Of a stretch of 64,000 bases of DNA, positions 41,679 through 54,726 are shown one piece after another. The position numbers and the translations under genes were made by a program. The stretch is from Macrostomum lignano. Lineage: Eukaryota. Numbering within the stretch: position 1 is the first letter of the stretch; the number at the start of each line of letters is the position of its first letter. The notes below the pieces were generated by a model, which was not told the origin of the DNA, did no database searches, and was given only the letters and a program-made list of their open reading frames with translations. The stretch lies in NCBI GenBank assembly GCA_002269645.1, contig NIVC01000094.1, positions 372,001-436,000 on the forward strand, in the 5' to 3' direction.

Positions 41679-44600
41679 GTACGGAGAATCCAGTTTCAAA
41701 GCATTTTATTTTCGTCTATATGTCGGCAGCCCACTGTGTGCGCGTGTGTCGAAAAGTGCGAGCGGTGCTTGGCTCCAAGACCCAAAAATGAATTTCTACT
41801 CACAGTCTACTCAAGCAGGAAGGGAGCGCGAAGGCACTGGGGGGGGGGGAGCCGGAAGCTGGGAGAGGCGATCTCTTATCTGCACACAGTGGCAACTATT
41901 CGGCATTCGAGCCGCATGCGGAGATCCCCCGTGGTGTGGGGGTTTTAGGGAAAGGCTGCATAGAAACAGTAAGATGGGGGGTTGGATTGGAAGCTGGGAA
42001 ATCGAGATCGAGGGTGGAAGGGAAGAGAAGGAGATGGGCGGGCAGGGCAGTGTGTAAGGAAGGAGCGCATTGAGAGCTCTTATCCCCCCCCCCCCAAGCC
42101 GCGCTGTCCCGCTCTCCTCAGTCCCCACTCCACAGTTTCTTCCGCACTGCGTATCCTTCGCTATAGGGTGAGAGCCCGGCACAAGAGGCGTACGCTGGCC
42201 AGGAAGGGGAGGTCGGCGCTGGCAAGCTGTGGCCCCAGATCGCGATAGCCAGCAGACGAGTTACTCCCGCACAGTGAACACTAATGACCGAGCCGCTGGG
42301 GCGAGCTCAGTGTAGCTGGGAGCCGGACAAGAGCTGCTCTGTTGACTCCGCCCGGCCCTGTCTGAGGTCTCAACCCCGGCAACCCCTCCCCCTTTTTTTG
42401 GAGAAGTGACGGTAAAGCCGTGTCGCATCATTAGCCTGAGCTCCGCTGGCGATGGAGTGGAATAATTTTGTAAAGTAACACTTTGTCCCACTCGTCTCCT
42501 TGCCTGCTCTGGTCAGTTCACCAGTTCAACTAACCAATAAAAGTCCCTCAGCTCCTAATTTATCAAGCGGAGAGACCAAAACCGGACAGGACTGGACGCA
42601 GGGGGGGGGGATTATTGGCGCGAGCGAAGTCTGTGCGAGCTTTGGCAGTAGGGCAGCCCCCCTTGGCTTGCCAAATTCGCGCCCCTGTTCCGCACCGGCG
42701 GAGAAGCAGCTGACTGCCTTCAAGCATCGACCCGCCCCATCTTAGCGCACTGGGGCCTGGGAGTTCCAAGCAGATTTCTAGCGAAAGGAGGAACAGAGAG
42801 ACAGAGAGAGACGGACGGGGAAGAGAGACGGCGGACGCGCAAGACTTTGCGGACTAAGTTGGGAGAAGCCGAACGGTTGGCACGAGGATTTCCCCAATTG
42901 GGAGACGAAGCGGAGCGGCAAGTTCAGGGCGAAATAGCCGGATTATTGATCCCAAATGAGGTCCCGGCATCGATCTCGGGATGGAGAGGCCGCTCGACGG
43001 AAGGCGGGAGTGCATTTAGCAGAATCGGAGGGAAGAAATCCCCCCAGGCCCTCAATGAGCGAAGCAGCTCCCAACAGTAGTAAAGCTGGTCGATCCCTAG
43101 AGTGAGCCAATCAGCCGTGTAACTCACAAATTCTCTGTATCTGCAAATCTTCGAGGGCGGGCAGATCAAGCTAAGCAGTAATGCTACCGACCCACATGCC
43201 AGAGTACCTGGGTTCGCCTCTGTGGGTGGCCACATAAATTTCGGGCTCACGAAGGCCAACCGCAAGCCAAGTGCGTGTACATGCTTGATGATGACGCATT
43301 ACTTTAGTTGAAAAGCATTGGCCCCGTTGTACAAAGAACTGCGCATTTTTCATCAACTTCTGCATGAAATGGGGGCATGACTGCTTCTCCCTTCTCTGGC
43401 TGCAGGTCGACTATCACCTTGATATGCGGCAGTAAACATAACCTACCGAACTATGGAACCATTTGAAAAATGAAAATTGGCCAGCCTTGGCGCAGAGGAG
43501 TTATTCCCAATGTCTTTATCTACCTAAATAGCATGCACCGAATATTTTTATCAAGATTGAGCAAAAACAGGAAATCAGGAGTAGAAGTGAATAGTAATCA
43601 TCCCTAGCTAAGATGGCATTAAGCACATGAGCACAAAGATTGATCAGTAAAGCAAGTTTCTCAAGAAAGAGCTAGCATATTGAAGAAATTAACCTCAATT
43701 TAATAAAAACCAAATTCAGTAAGTCAAAAAGCCTTTTTAAAACTTATTGTATAAAATCTCATATAGATTTAAGCTTCTGAATAGCATAAAAGTCAACAAA
43801 AAGCAAACTATTTTATTGATTTTTCATTTATATATTTGATATGCATTATATGGCTAATAGAACAAAATGAAATGCAATAATTTTTGTTGAATTTCTGTGA
43901 AAGTCCTGGCATTTTTTGCTTAATAACCCTATAATGCATTAATAATGATTGGCTTAAATGTGAAATGCTCCAAATATTTTTGGACTTGACTATCTTCTTT
44001 AGAAAAAAGTCGCAAAATATATGCTTTGAAATAAATTGGCTTAGAAGCCAAATTAGCTCATAAATTAGATGCATATGCATAGCATATAGACTATAGGTTC
44101 AGAAAGATAGCTCATCATCACTTAGATGCAAGAAATATGCCACCGAAACCATTTTAATTTCTAATTATAAACATATTTTATTCATACATACATTTCAAAC
44201 ATTTCATATATTAAATTTCATAAATTTGTCTTAAAAGCTTCAGTTATTAGTTAATAAGGACGAAGCAGTCTCTTGCACCACTAATTTTCATGCATTTATT
44301 TTAGGAAAGCAAATCTTATTGACATATTAAAAAGTCAATATCTAAAAAGTTCATAGCGACTGAAAACAATTTTTATGCAGTACTTTGAAAGTGAAGGTAA
44401 TTAAAAAGATTGGTTTTGCCTGCAATTTAGCATCGCATCTCAAGCTGTTAAAAAGGGTTGAAAATGTTGTGAAGTTGCAATTAACTTGAAGCAAACTACC
44501 TAGACTAAATAAAATTTATAATTATTACATCCCAGTTTGGAGATTTGAGCTTAAATGCTAAATAAGTTGTCTACAGTCTTCGCAATGGCTTTTGTATATT

Positions 44601-45583
44601 TATCAGATTTGGGGAAAAAACACTTAAAATCAGCACTTAAAATTGAAAACGATATTCCCAAACAACCCGATAACTTAATCAAGTAAAAAGTTATAGATTT
44701 AAAAAATAGGAGTATTCAAACATATAAAAAATACAAAAAATAGACTTTACTTTTATATTTACTCATTTAAAAACAACAAAACGTAACTCTTTGCTTTAAT
44801 CGTTGAAGTTTTAACGGTGTTATAAATATTTTGGTCCAGACTTGCATATAATAATGCATAGAGCCTAATTAAGAAGCTCAATTGAGACAAAAAATCCGCT
44901 GTTAGCCTATTACTAACATTCAGCTTAAAGCAATAATCTATTCTAGTTAGCTAGACTAGGGGTAACAGGGCTCCGTCCTTACTAATACTAGGCTGACATG
45001 CCTTCGACTTATCTATCCTAGTTCATTAATTAGCCCTAGCATTAGGAATTGACGAATCGTGAATAGGCCTTGGCAGGCATAAAATGTATATATGTATGTA
45101 TATAATATACTATAAAATGTATTGATTTTATGCTATTTGTCTATTTGTCTTTGATTTTTTCAAGAACTATCTGACCATTTTTTCAAATTAGGTTAGCTTT
45201 AAAAAGTAGTATTTTTTCACAATCATGAATCGAATCATGCATGAATTTTTTATAAAAGTTTCAAATTGGAAGGGCCTAGGTCAAATATACTCAAATAAAC
45301 ATTTTTTATGCTTTCAATATTTGAATTTTAAATTTGAATGTCTTTTATAGATGGGGACTTAATGCACTAGCCAAATATTAATTTAAAATTATCTTATAGT
45401 TATATTATAATCTGCCTAGTGCTAAAGCAATTTTAGACTAATGTTATTGAATAGAGTTCTGCTGTAACTAAATTTTTCTAGTATCCTATATCTTGGAATT
45501 TTTCCTATAGCTTATTCGTATAATATGATATTAATATCTAATATTTAATTATAGCTAATAAACTTCCTATAACTGTTGTACAA

Positions 45584-46317
45584 GGCAGTGCTTATTTAGC
45601 CGGCACCGGTCGAATAAGTTCGCTACTATTTAGCCGGCACCGGTCAAATAAGCCCGTCACTATTTAGCCGGCAGTCCTGCCCCACTGCCGGTCAAATAAG
45701 CCCGTCACTATTTAGCCGGCAGTCCTGCCCCACTGCCGGTCAAATAAGCCCGTCACTATTTAGCCGGCAGTCCTGCCCCACTGCCGGTCAAATAAGCTCG
45801 TCACTATTTAGCCGGCAATAAACAAATTTAATGCTACGATTCGTAGCAACTACGATATAAGGATATAAGGAACTACGATTCGTACGACAGAAACTAAAGT
45901 GTCTGTAGAAGTGTCTGAATAAGTGTCGGCGAATGTTTAATACGTCCTAGTTGTGGGCCCTGGCCATACTGTACATGTATACTGTCTGTAGCACACGAGA
46001 GGGCAAGGATCGCTTGGATGAATGGGTTATAGCTTATTAATTTGACCGGCAGTGGGGCAGGACTGCCGGCTAAATAGTGACGGGCTTATTTGACCGGCAG
46101 CAGGACTGGGGCAGGACTGCCGGCTAAATAGTGACGGGCTTATTTGACCGGCAGTGGGGCAGGACTGCCGGCTAAATAGTGACGGGCTTATTTGACCGGC
46201 AGTTGGGCAGGCCTGCCAGATAAATAGTGACGCGCTTATTTGACCGGCAATGGGGCAGGACTGCCGGCTAAATAGTGACGCGCTTATTTGACCGGTGCCG
46301 GCTAAATAAGCACTGCC
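45584..46317. mobile_element. Non-autonomous Mutator/Foldback-like element with TIRs built from 48-bp tandem units
   Basis: 9-bp direct duplication GTTGTACAA at 45575-45583 and 46318-46326; GGCAGTGCTTATTTAGCCGGCACCGGTC termini in inverted orientation; the 48-bp unit is repeated in each arm. Confidence 0.9.
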
Positions 46318-48223
46318 GTTGTACAATGCCAAGACCTAGACTTTGATAGATGCCTTGGAGAGGCAGCTAGACGCTACATATGTGGCCATGTTACATGTGG
46401 CATTTGGAGTATATAGCAATATAGAAAATGAGACCAATATTATATTCCATATAAAGATGCACCTAATGTTTAATGTGGCTTTCTGACTTGCTATATAGGC
46501 AATGAATTCAACTAGCTAGCCATATCATCTAGTTAGAGGCCCAAAGTTGCTATAAAAAGTGCTACTGCTTTATCAAGCTGTAGTTACAGGGATTGCACAG
46601 GCAAGGCTAAGGGCAAATAGGCCCCTATATATTTTTATTCCCTCTCCTCTCTTCTTTGTCCCCTTTTCTCTTCTCTCTTTCCTTCTCTCTCCCCTCTTTT
46701 CTTTTCTCCTTCTTACCAATTTTTCCCTTTTTTCTCCCTTCTCTCCCCTATTTCCTTTTCTTATAAAATTATTAAGTAACTGGAGTAACAAAATCTCCAA
46801 TTTGTACCAATATCAACAAAGACTATTTATCAATTGGTTTCCAAGAAGCCTCCATTGCAATCTAGCCTTCTTTGATAGTGACAGATACTAGGTAGCTTTC
46901 CCATTGGCTTCATTTATCATAAGCCCCTACTATCCTAACCACAATATATATGATATAAAAAATTGTTTGATTCCTTGACTCTAAGTACTTTAGAGCTCCT
47001 TTTGTATTGAAAGTAAAAACACACATGTTAACTTTAACCTCCTTCCTTATTCAAATCTCAGTGTGCATATAATTTCAAAAATTTCTTTGTTGCTCCCACA
47101 CTCTGGATCATGTAGTTTTTGGGCATGCATTGGCCTTGTACACCAAAAGTAGGTGTGCACATTTGGTGTGTATCACTCTTAAAAAATAGTATGTGTGTAT
47201 ACCTGGTTATGCACTTCATAGAATCATGCGGAAAAATTATTGTAAAACAGAAAAAAGATGAAAAAAGTTCATTTTTAAGCATAAATTTCAAGTATTCTGG
47301 GTTTTTAAGCTTGTAAAAAGGCATTTAAACAAATATTTGCTTATATCAATTTTCCACTGTAAACATTATTGCTGAAAAAGTAGAAAAATCAATGAAATTA
47401 CCTTCTTAGAATGGGCATGCACTCAATTTTTTTGGCGTGCATTTGGAACAGTTTGATTTTTGTTCAGGCATGCACCTAGTATGATGTTTAAGTCCCCAAC
47501 CCTAGGAACCTAAAAGCTCCCCCTACATTGAAAGTGAAAACATTCATTGTAACATTAGCTTCTATCACCCAACCACAATATGGATGTAGCATCAAAACTC
47601 TATTGCAAAGTCTCCAAATCTATGCAGGGACTTAAGAGCTTCTCTTGGAAAGCAAAAACATTTGTCTTAATATATAATTTGTTTAAAATGGTTATATAAT
47701 ACAAAATGGTCTTAAAACATAAGGGCTCAATTGATTTATTATAACCAATGAAGGATATAATTAAGAAAAGGTAAGGTAAGCTAAGGAATTTTTTTCCAAA
47801 ATGCTAGCTTGCTCTTTTAACTAATGTTCTAAGCCTTAAAAACAAAATAGAAATAGAAAAAAGCAAGTATTAAGCTTATAATGTGGCTCCCACACTCATT
47901 TTGGCAAAATTAGCTTTGTCTACTTCTAAATTAGTCTAAAATATACTTTCTAAAGCCTGTATAAAATTAAAACAAATGCTTTTAAATGTGCTATTATGAA
48001 TTTTTATCCATGATGCAATTAAGGTAAAAGGCAGTTTTGAGGTGTCTCCTTTTTAAGAGAACTAGAAAAATATTGTGTATATAAAATATGATTGCTAACA
48101 AAATAAAGGGATAAAAGAGTAGTAGTTCTAAGAGTGTTGCACTCACAACTAAAAGTTTGGAGGTTCAATTCTCAACCCATCTAGAACAATTTGTGTCCTT
48201 ATGCAATTGAGGGTAGGTGTGTC

Positions 48224-49026
48224 CATGGGCGTAGGAACATTTCAAAAAGTAGGGGGGGGCAGGTTCAGTGGCGGATTTAGGGGGAAGGGCACACAGGGTG
48301 CACTCCCCCTGTTGAGTTAGATTTTTCTATTTTTATGGAGAATGCACATTATCATGTAGCAATTATTTTTAGAATTGGTGTTATCAGCACTCATTTTAGC
48401 GCTACAGGCACCCATTTTAGCGCCGCAGGCACCCATTTTAGCACCGCAGGCACTCATTTTAGCGCTACAGGCACCCATTTTAGCACCGCAGGCACTCATT
48501 TTAGCGCTACAGGCACCCATTTTAGCACCGCAGGCACTCATTTTAGCGCCACAGGCACTCATTTTAGCGCCACAGGCACTCATTTTAGCGCCACAGGCAT
48601 CCATTTTAGCGCCACAGGTACCCATTTTACCGCCGCAGGCACTCATTTTAGCGCCGCAGGCACCCATTTTAGCGCCGCAGGCACCCATTTTAGCACCGCA
48701 GGCACTCATTTTAGCGCCGCAGGCACCCATTTTAGCACCGCAGGCACTCATTTTAGCGCCACAGGCACTCATTTTAGCGCCACAGGCACTCATTTTAGCG
48801 CCACAGGCATCCATTTTAGCGCCACAGGTACCCATTTTACCGCCGCAGGCATCCATTTTAGCGCCTGGCGCTATGTTTTGTCACCCTGCAGCAAAATGCA
48901 TTTATGCAAAGCAGCAAAAATAAGAGTAAAAAATAAGCAAAAAGTCTACATTTTTGCATTTAAAATGTGAAGGGGCCAAATACCATTACTGGCCCCACTG
49001 TCCCCCCCCCCGTTCCTACGCCTATG
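48224..49026. mobile_element. hAT-like MITE
   Basis: TIR CATGGGCGTAGGAAC / GTTCCTACGCCTATG; 8-bp TSD GGTGTGTC at 48216-48223 and 49027-49034. Confidence 0.85.
48390..48865. repeat. 21-bp minisatellite (CATTTTAGCGCCGCAGGCACC) inside the hAT-like MITE
   Basis: ~22 tandem copies. Confidence 0.95.
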
Positions 49027-49210
49027 GGTGTGTCCATGGCAATCTAGTTCTTGGACTGAATGGAATGCATAGCTGGCTTTTTATTGTTAATATTGTAAAT
49101 ACTAAGCCCAAAAATAGGGCCCTGTATTGAGTGTTTTCAATGAAATTTGAGCCATCCCGATTCACTGTTACATGCCCAGTCTCAAAACTAACTTCAGCCT
49201 GCGCACTGAC

Positions 49211-52200
49211 ATGACCAGCATCAGTGTGGTGCCACTGGGTGCTGGCCAGGATGTTGGCCGCAGCTGCATCCTTGTCAGCATAGCCGGCAGGCGCATCATG
49301 TTCGACTGCGGCATGCACGCCGGCTTTCAGGATGACCGGCGATTCCCAGACTTCACCTACATTACTAAGCAGGGCAGCCCCAATGACTACCTGGACGCCG
49401 TTATTGTGTCCCACTTTCACCTGGACCATTGCGGCGCCCTGCCCTACTTCACTGAGATGGTTGGCTTTGATGGCCCGGTGTACATGACCTACCCGACCAA
49501 GGCCATCTGCCCCATCCTTTTGGAGGACTATCGCAAAGTCACCATGGAGAGAAAGGCTAGCGGAGAGCAGATTAACTTCTTTACTAGCGAAATGATTAAC
49601 AAGTGCATGGCTAAGGTGAGTTGTTTATACATTTCACAGGATCCTGTCAGGTTAGACCTGTTCTTTTGAAGATCTTTTCAAGTAGGCTGCCAGCGCTACC
49701 TTCCCAGTTCCTCAGTTACTAGGCCATCGGCTCCCTCCCAGTTCCTCAGTTACTAGGCCATCGGCTCCCTCCCAGTTCCTCAGTTGCTGGGCCACCCCCA
49801 CCCTCCCAGTTCCTCAGTTGCTGGGCCACCCCCACCCTCCCAGTTCCTCAGTTGCTGAGCCACTGCTACCCTCCCAGTTCCTCAGTTGCTAGGCCACCGC
49901 CACCCTCCCAGATCCTCAGTTGCTAGGCAACCGCAAGCCTGCCAAATCCCCAGTTGCTGGGCCACCCTCCCAGATCCTCAGTTACTGGGCCACCGCTACC
50001 CTCTCAGATCCTCAGTTGCTAGGCAACTGCAAGCCTCCCAAATCCCCAGTTGCTAAGCCAGCCTCCAAGATCCTCAGCTGCTGGATTACCGTTACCTGTC
50101 AGACCAGGACGATCTCGTACACTTTCTATTCCCAACGCCCCAGGTGCGGCCAGTCAGCCTGCACGAGGAGGTTCACGTGGACGCAGACCTCGTCATCAAG
50201 CCGTACTACGCCGGTCACGTGCTTGGCGCGGCCATGTTTCTGGTGCGTGTCGGCGATGCCCAGTCCGTGCTGTACACGGGCGACTACAACATGACCCCAG
50301 ACCGGCACCTGGGCCCCGCCTGGGTGGACCGGTGCCGGCCCAGCCTGCTAATTACCGAGTCAACCTATGCCACCACTGTGCGCGATTCGAAGCGTTCGAG
50401 AGAGCGCGACTTCTGCGAGAAGGTACAACGGTGCGTTGAGCAGGGCGGCAAAGTGCTCATACCGGTGTTCGCACTGGGCCGAGCTCAGGAGCTCTGCATC
50501 CTGCTTGAGACCTACTGGGAGCGGATGAACTTGAAGGTGCGAACTGATTTTGATTGTTTAATTTTCACTGCTTGGGACTGGAATATAGATAAAGCAATGC
50601 ATAAATGAAAGCAATAAAACTTAATTGCCCGAAATTTGGTTTGGAGATGATTGCAGGTAATAAAACCACCTGAAAACTACTAATTAACCTGGTGAATCGA
50701 AATAATAAAACCAACTGATAACTAATTAACCTGGGATTGTCGACAATAAAACCACCTGATAACTAATTAACCTAGGAATGGGGACAATAGAACCACCTGA
50801 TAACTAATTAACCTGGGAATGGGGACAATAAATCCACCTGATAACTAATTAACCTGGGAATGGGGACAATAAAACCACCTGATAACTAATTAACCTGGGA
50901 ATGGGGACAATAAAACCACCTGATAACTAATTAACCTGGGAATGGGGACAATAAAACCACCTGATAACTAATTAACCTGGGAATGGGGACAATAAAACCA
51001 CCTGATAACTAATTAACCTAGGAATGTCTACAATAGAACCACCTGATAACTAATTAACCTGGGAATGGGGACAATAAAACCTCCTGATAACTAATAAACC
51101 CGAGTAATGGGGATAATAAAACTTGATAATCCATCTGGGTCTTGACCAGTTAGATAATAAAATAACTTAGGGGTAACTAACTTTAATATTATATCTGGAC
51201 TTGAAATCGATAAAAAACTTAGAAACTTAGAAATTATAAGAAACCCCCTGATAATTAGGTTAAATAGCGCTTGGAGGTGATGAGCTAAACCATTCACTAA
51301 CGAATTACTATCTCGCCTGCTGCGAATCCTTGACTTGGAACTGACTGCAAATAAAATCTTCACGTGAGGTGTACTTTTATCAGATGCCAATCTTGTCTAC
51401 AATGTATAGCGATGTTCTAAATTTAGTTCTAGTTCAAATGCGTTAGGTGCATTATTATTAGGGCTGTTTGTGTTTTGCGTGTCTGGAAGACGACGCCCAT
51501 GCTGTTTTGTCTCCCATTCTAACCTGTCTAACTACATGACTGTTAGGAGCACTGTTGGTCACACCCTATCCGAATAATGGCGTAGGCCAGGACAAATTAG
51601 CTTAAATTGATGGCATCCTAAATTTGAACCTTGACCCAGGATGCCAGCTGGCGCTGTGATTCTGACCTCTGGTATCAATCTTAATATTTCAGCGAGAAGT
51701 CCCGGTTTGAGATTAGAATCCTGTCTAGTGTATTTAAAGCAAATATATATGCGGTTTTTCGGGATTGAGCGGGGATATACATGCTCAACACCCGGCTGAC
51801 GAGAAGACTTGGCGAGAAGTCTGGTCTGGCCAAGGTAAGTCACAAAAATGCCGACTCGAAAAAATACGTCAGTAGTACTAATTAGATGACGAGGCATTTA
51901 GCCTTGATAATACAGACATGTTACTCCTAACTTTTACCCAAAATTAGGTTTATTTTGCTTTAGGGTTTCTTTCATAGTAAGTCGCATTTTTGGTCAAAAA
52001 GTAAGTCACTTGTGGGAAAAATTTTGAATTTGGGCATGTATGACTGCGAGGATCGGGATCCTGTCCTACCTCTATGAATTCGCAGTCCCCTCGCGATCCA
52101 CACCAAAAGGTCCCCATCTACTTTTCAACCGGCCTGGCCGAGCGGGCCAATCACTACTACAAGCTGTTCATCGCCTGGACTAACGAGAAAATCAAGCAGA

Positions 52201-54726
52201 CATTCGTGGACAGAAACATGTTCGATTATAAGCACATCCGGCCGTTGCACGACAAGAGCGTCATTGACAACCCCGGGCCAATGGTGGTGTTCGCCACGCC
52301 TGGCATGCTGCACGCCGGCCAGTCGCTGCAGATCTTTAAAAAATGGGCGCCAGACGAGCGCAACATGGTGGTGATCCCCGGCTACTGCGTGGCTGGCACT
52401 GTTGGCTATAAAATTATTAACGGTGCCAAGAAGATCGAATTGGGGAAGCAGTCTCTGGATGTGCGCATGGCTGTTGAGTACCTGTCTTTTAGTGCTCACG
52501 CGGACGCCAGGTGAGCTCCTGGTACGCCACTCCGGGAACTATGAGTCTTTAGTCTAGGGATTCTGATCCCTATCTTCATTGTCTGACGGACTCTGATGTC
52601 CTTAATCTTAGGGACTCTAACACTTAATCTATCGGATTTGATCCCTAATATAGAGTATTGAGAGTCTTGATTATGGTAGGCGAATTCTTCAACTTGAGAA
52701 TTCTATTCTTAGTCTAGGGACTCTGATCCTTAGCCTAGGAGCTCTGATCCTTAGCCTAGGAGCTCTGATCCTTAGGCTAGGGACTCTGATCCTTAGCCTA
52801 GGGACTCTGATCCTTAGCCTAGGAGCTCTGATCCTTAGCCTAGGGACTCTGATCCCTAGCCTAGGAGCTCTGATCCTTAGCCTAGGGACTCTGATCCTTA
52901 GCCTAGTGAATCTGATCCTTAGGCTAGGAACTCTGATCCCTAGCCTAGGAGCTCTGATCCTTAGCCTAGGGACTCTGATCCTTAGCCTAGTGAATCTGAT
53001 CCTTAGGCTAGGAACTCTGATCCTTAGCCTAGGGACTCTGATCCTTAGCCTAGGAGCTCTGATCCTTAGCCTAGGGACTCTGATCCTTAGCCTAGTGAAT
53101 CTGATCCTTAGGCTAGGAACTCTGATCCTTAGCCTAGGGACTCTCATCCTTAGCCTAGGAGCTCTGATCCTTAGCCTAGGGACTCTGGTCCTTAGCCTAG
53201 TGAATCTTATCTTTAGCCTAGGAGCTCTGATCGTTAGCCTGGGACTGTGGTCCCCAGTCCTCGGGACTCAGACGCAAAACTCAGAGCAGACTTTAAATAA
53301 ATGCAGTAAATCCGATCTCAGATCTGGAGATTCCAAGCCTACGACCGTATATTTAGGAACATTGATACCACCAAAGTTCTTAAAACCCCAAGGCCAAGCC
53401 CTAGAATTCTATTTAGATCCCTATCAAGTTCGCTTCCCACCCTCGCCACTGGCCTGCAGGGGCATCATGCAGCTGGTCCGCATGTGCCAGCCCAGGGCGG
53501 TCATGCTGGTCCACGGCGAGAGCGCCAAAATGGACTTCTTACGCCAGCGAATCCAGCAGGAGCTGCAGCTGCCAGTATTAAAGCCGGCTAATGGCGAGTC
53601 AGTTGCCATAGAAACCGAGCAGGTCATGGTGGTGGAGGCGCCGGTCGGCCTGCTTCACCGCAGAGACTGGTCCGAGCCGGCCAGGCTGCGGGCCGGCCTG
53701 CTGCTGCCGCCTTCCGAGTCTGCGCTGCCAGCCAAGCGGCCCCGCCTGCTAGCGAGAGACGCGGCGCTGAAGGAGGCAGGATTAGCCGAGCATAGCCTGC
53801 GGTTCACCACCAGTCTGAGCCTGTGGTCGCCGCACTCGCAGTTGTCGGATCTGGTGACTAAGGTGAGGTTTTTAATCATTTAATATATTTTTACCTGTCT
53901 AGATTCGATATTCGCTTGTCTAGATTCGGTATTTACCTGTCTAGATTCGGTATTTACCTGTCTAGATTCGGTATTTACCTGTCTAGATTCGGTATTTACC
54001 TGTCTAGATTGGGTATTTACCTGTCTAGATTGGGTATTTACCTGTCTAGATTGGGTATTTACCTGTCTAGATTGGGTATTTACCTGTCTAGATTTTGTAT
54101 AACCTGTCTAGATTGGGTATTTACCTGTCTAGATTCGGTGTTTACCTGTCTAGATTGGGTATTTACCTGTCTATATTCGGTATTTACCTGTCTAGATTGG
54201 GTATTTACCTGTCTAGATTCGGTGTTTACCTGTCTAGATTGGGTATTTACCTGTCTATATTCGGTATTTACCTGTCTAGATTGGGTATTTACCTGTCTAG
54301 ATTTTGTATAACCTGTCTAGATTCGATATTCACCTGTCTAGATTCTGTATTGACCTGTCTAGATTCGATATTCACCTGTCTAGATTCTGTATTGACCTGT
54401 CTAGATTCGATATTCACCTGTCTAGATTCTGTATTGACCTGTCTGGATTTAACTAACAGTTGCTAAATTCTATTCTCTTCTCCCGGCTGCAGGTTCATGC
54501 AGTCTGCGCCAGGGCCGTCGGCGACCGGCTCGCCCAGCTGCAGGACGGCAACACCATCAGCGTCTTAGACCGGGTCACCGTGCTGGTCAAGCCGCTGCCG
54601 CCGGTAGGCAGGCAGCAGAGAGACAATTTCCAGCTGCTGGTGTCCTATTCATTTGAAAACGAGGACCTTGGTTCGAGGCTATTCTCGCTACTCAAACAGG
54701 AGGCTAAGATTGAGCAGAGTCTTTGA
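49211..54726 (+). CDS. INTS11: Integrator complex subunit 11 (CPSF3L), metallo-beta-lactamase/beta-CASP endonuclease (~611 aa; exons 49211-49615, 50144-50536, 52110-52510, 53460-53862, 54493-54726)
   Basis: [32 protein letters not shown] (HxHxDH), [59 protein letters not shown], and a C-terminal LLVSY..ENEDLG. Five exons join in frame (1836 nt). Confidence 0.96.
49700..50090. repeat. ~34-bp degenerate minisatellite, INTS11 intron 1
   Basis: CCCTCCCAGTTCCTCAGTTGCTGGGCCACC... tandem copies. Confidence 0.85.
50660..51095. repeat. 41-bp minisatellite (AAAACCACCTGATAACTAATTAACCTGGGAATGGGGACAAT), INTS11 intron 2
   Basis: ~10 tandem copies. Confidence 0.92.
51271..51350 (+). ncRNA. Candidate intronic box C/D snoRNA
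   Basis: Box C GTGATGA 51277-51283, box D CTGA 51341-51344, terminal stem TTGGAG/CTGCAA (5 of 6 pairs), and a 12-nt CTAAACCATTCA before a D'-like CTAA that is antisense to TGAATGGTTTAG of 18S rRNA as recalled. Confidence 0.4.
52715..53240. repeat. 21-bp minisatellite (CTCTGATCCTTAGCCTAGGGA), INTS11 intron 3
   Basis: ~25 tandem copies with variants. Confidence 0.95.
53890..54450. repeat. 21-bp minisatellite (TATTTACCTGTCTAGATTCGG), INTS11 intron 4
   Basis: ~26 tandem copies with variants. Confidence 0.95.

Larger units (their letters stand above)
48120..49075 (+). mobile_element. Degenerate third SINE copy, split by the hAT-like MITE
   Basis: Left part has an AGTAGTTCTAAGAGTG..GGTTCAATTC head and GAACAATTTGTGTCCTT...TTGAGGGT; right part CTAGTTCTTGGACTGAA continues the SINE body after the insertion. 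Confidence 0.55.

Noticed and set aside
46880-47660. Faint internal similarity (…TTGAAAGT.AAAACA…, …AACCACAATAT…) suggesting an old duplication
   Set aside because: Too degenerate and AT-rich to define units or boundaries by eye
52715-53240. Interstitial telomeric repeat (TTAGGC/TTAGCC words)
   Set aside because: The hexamers are embedded once per 21-bp unit and are not tandem telomere repeats
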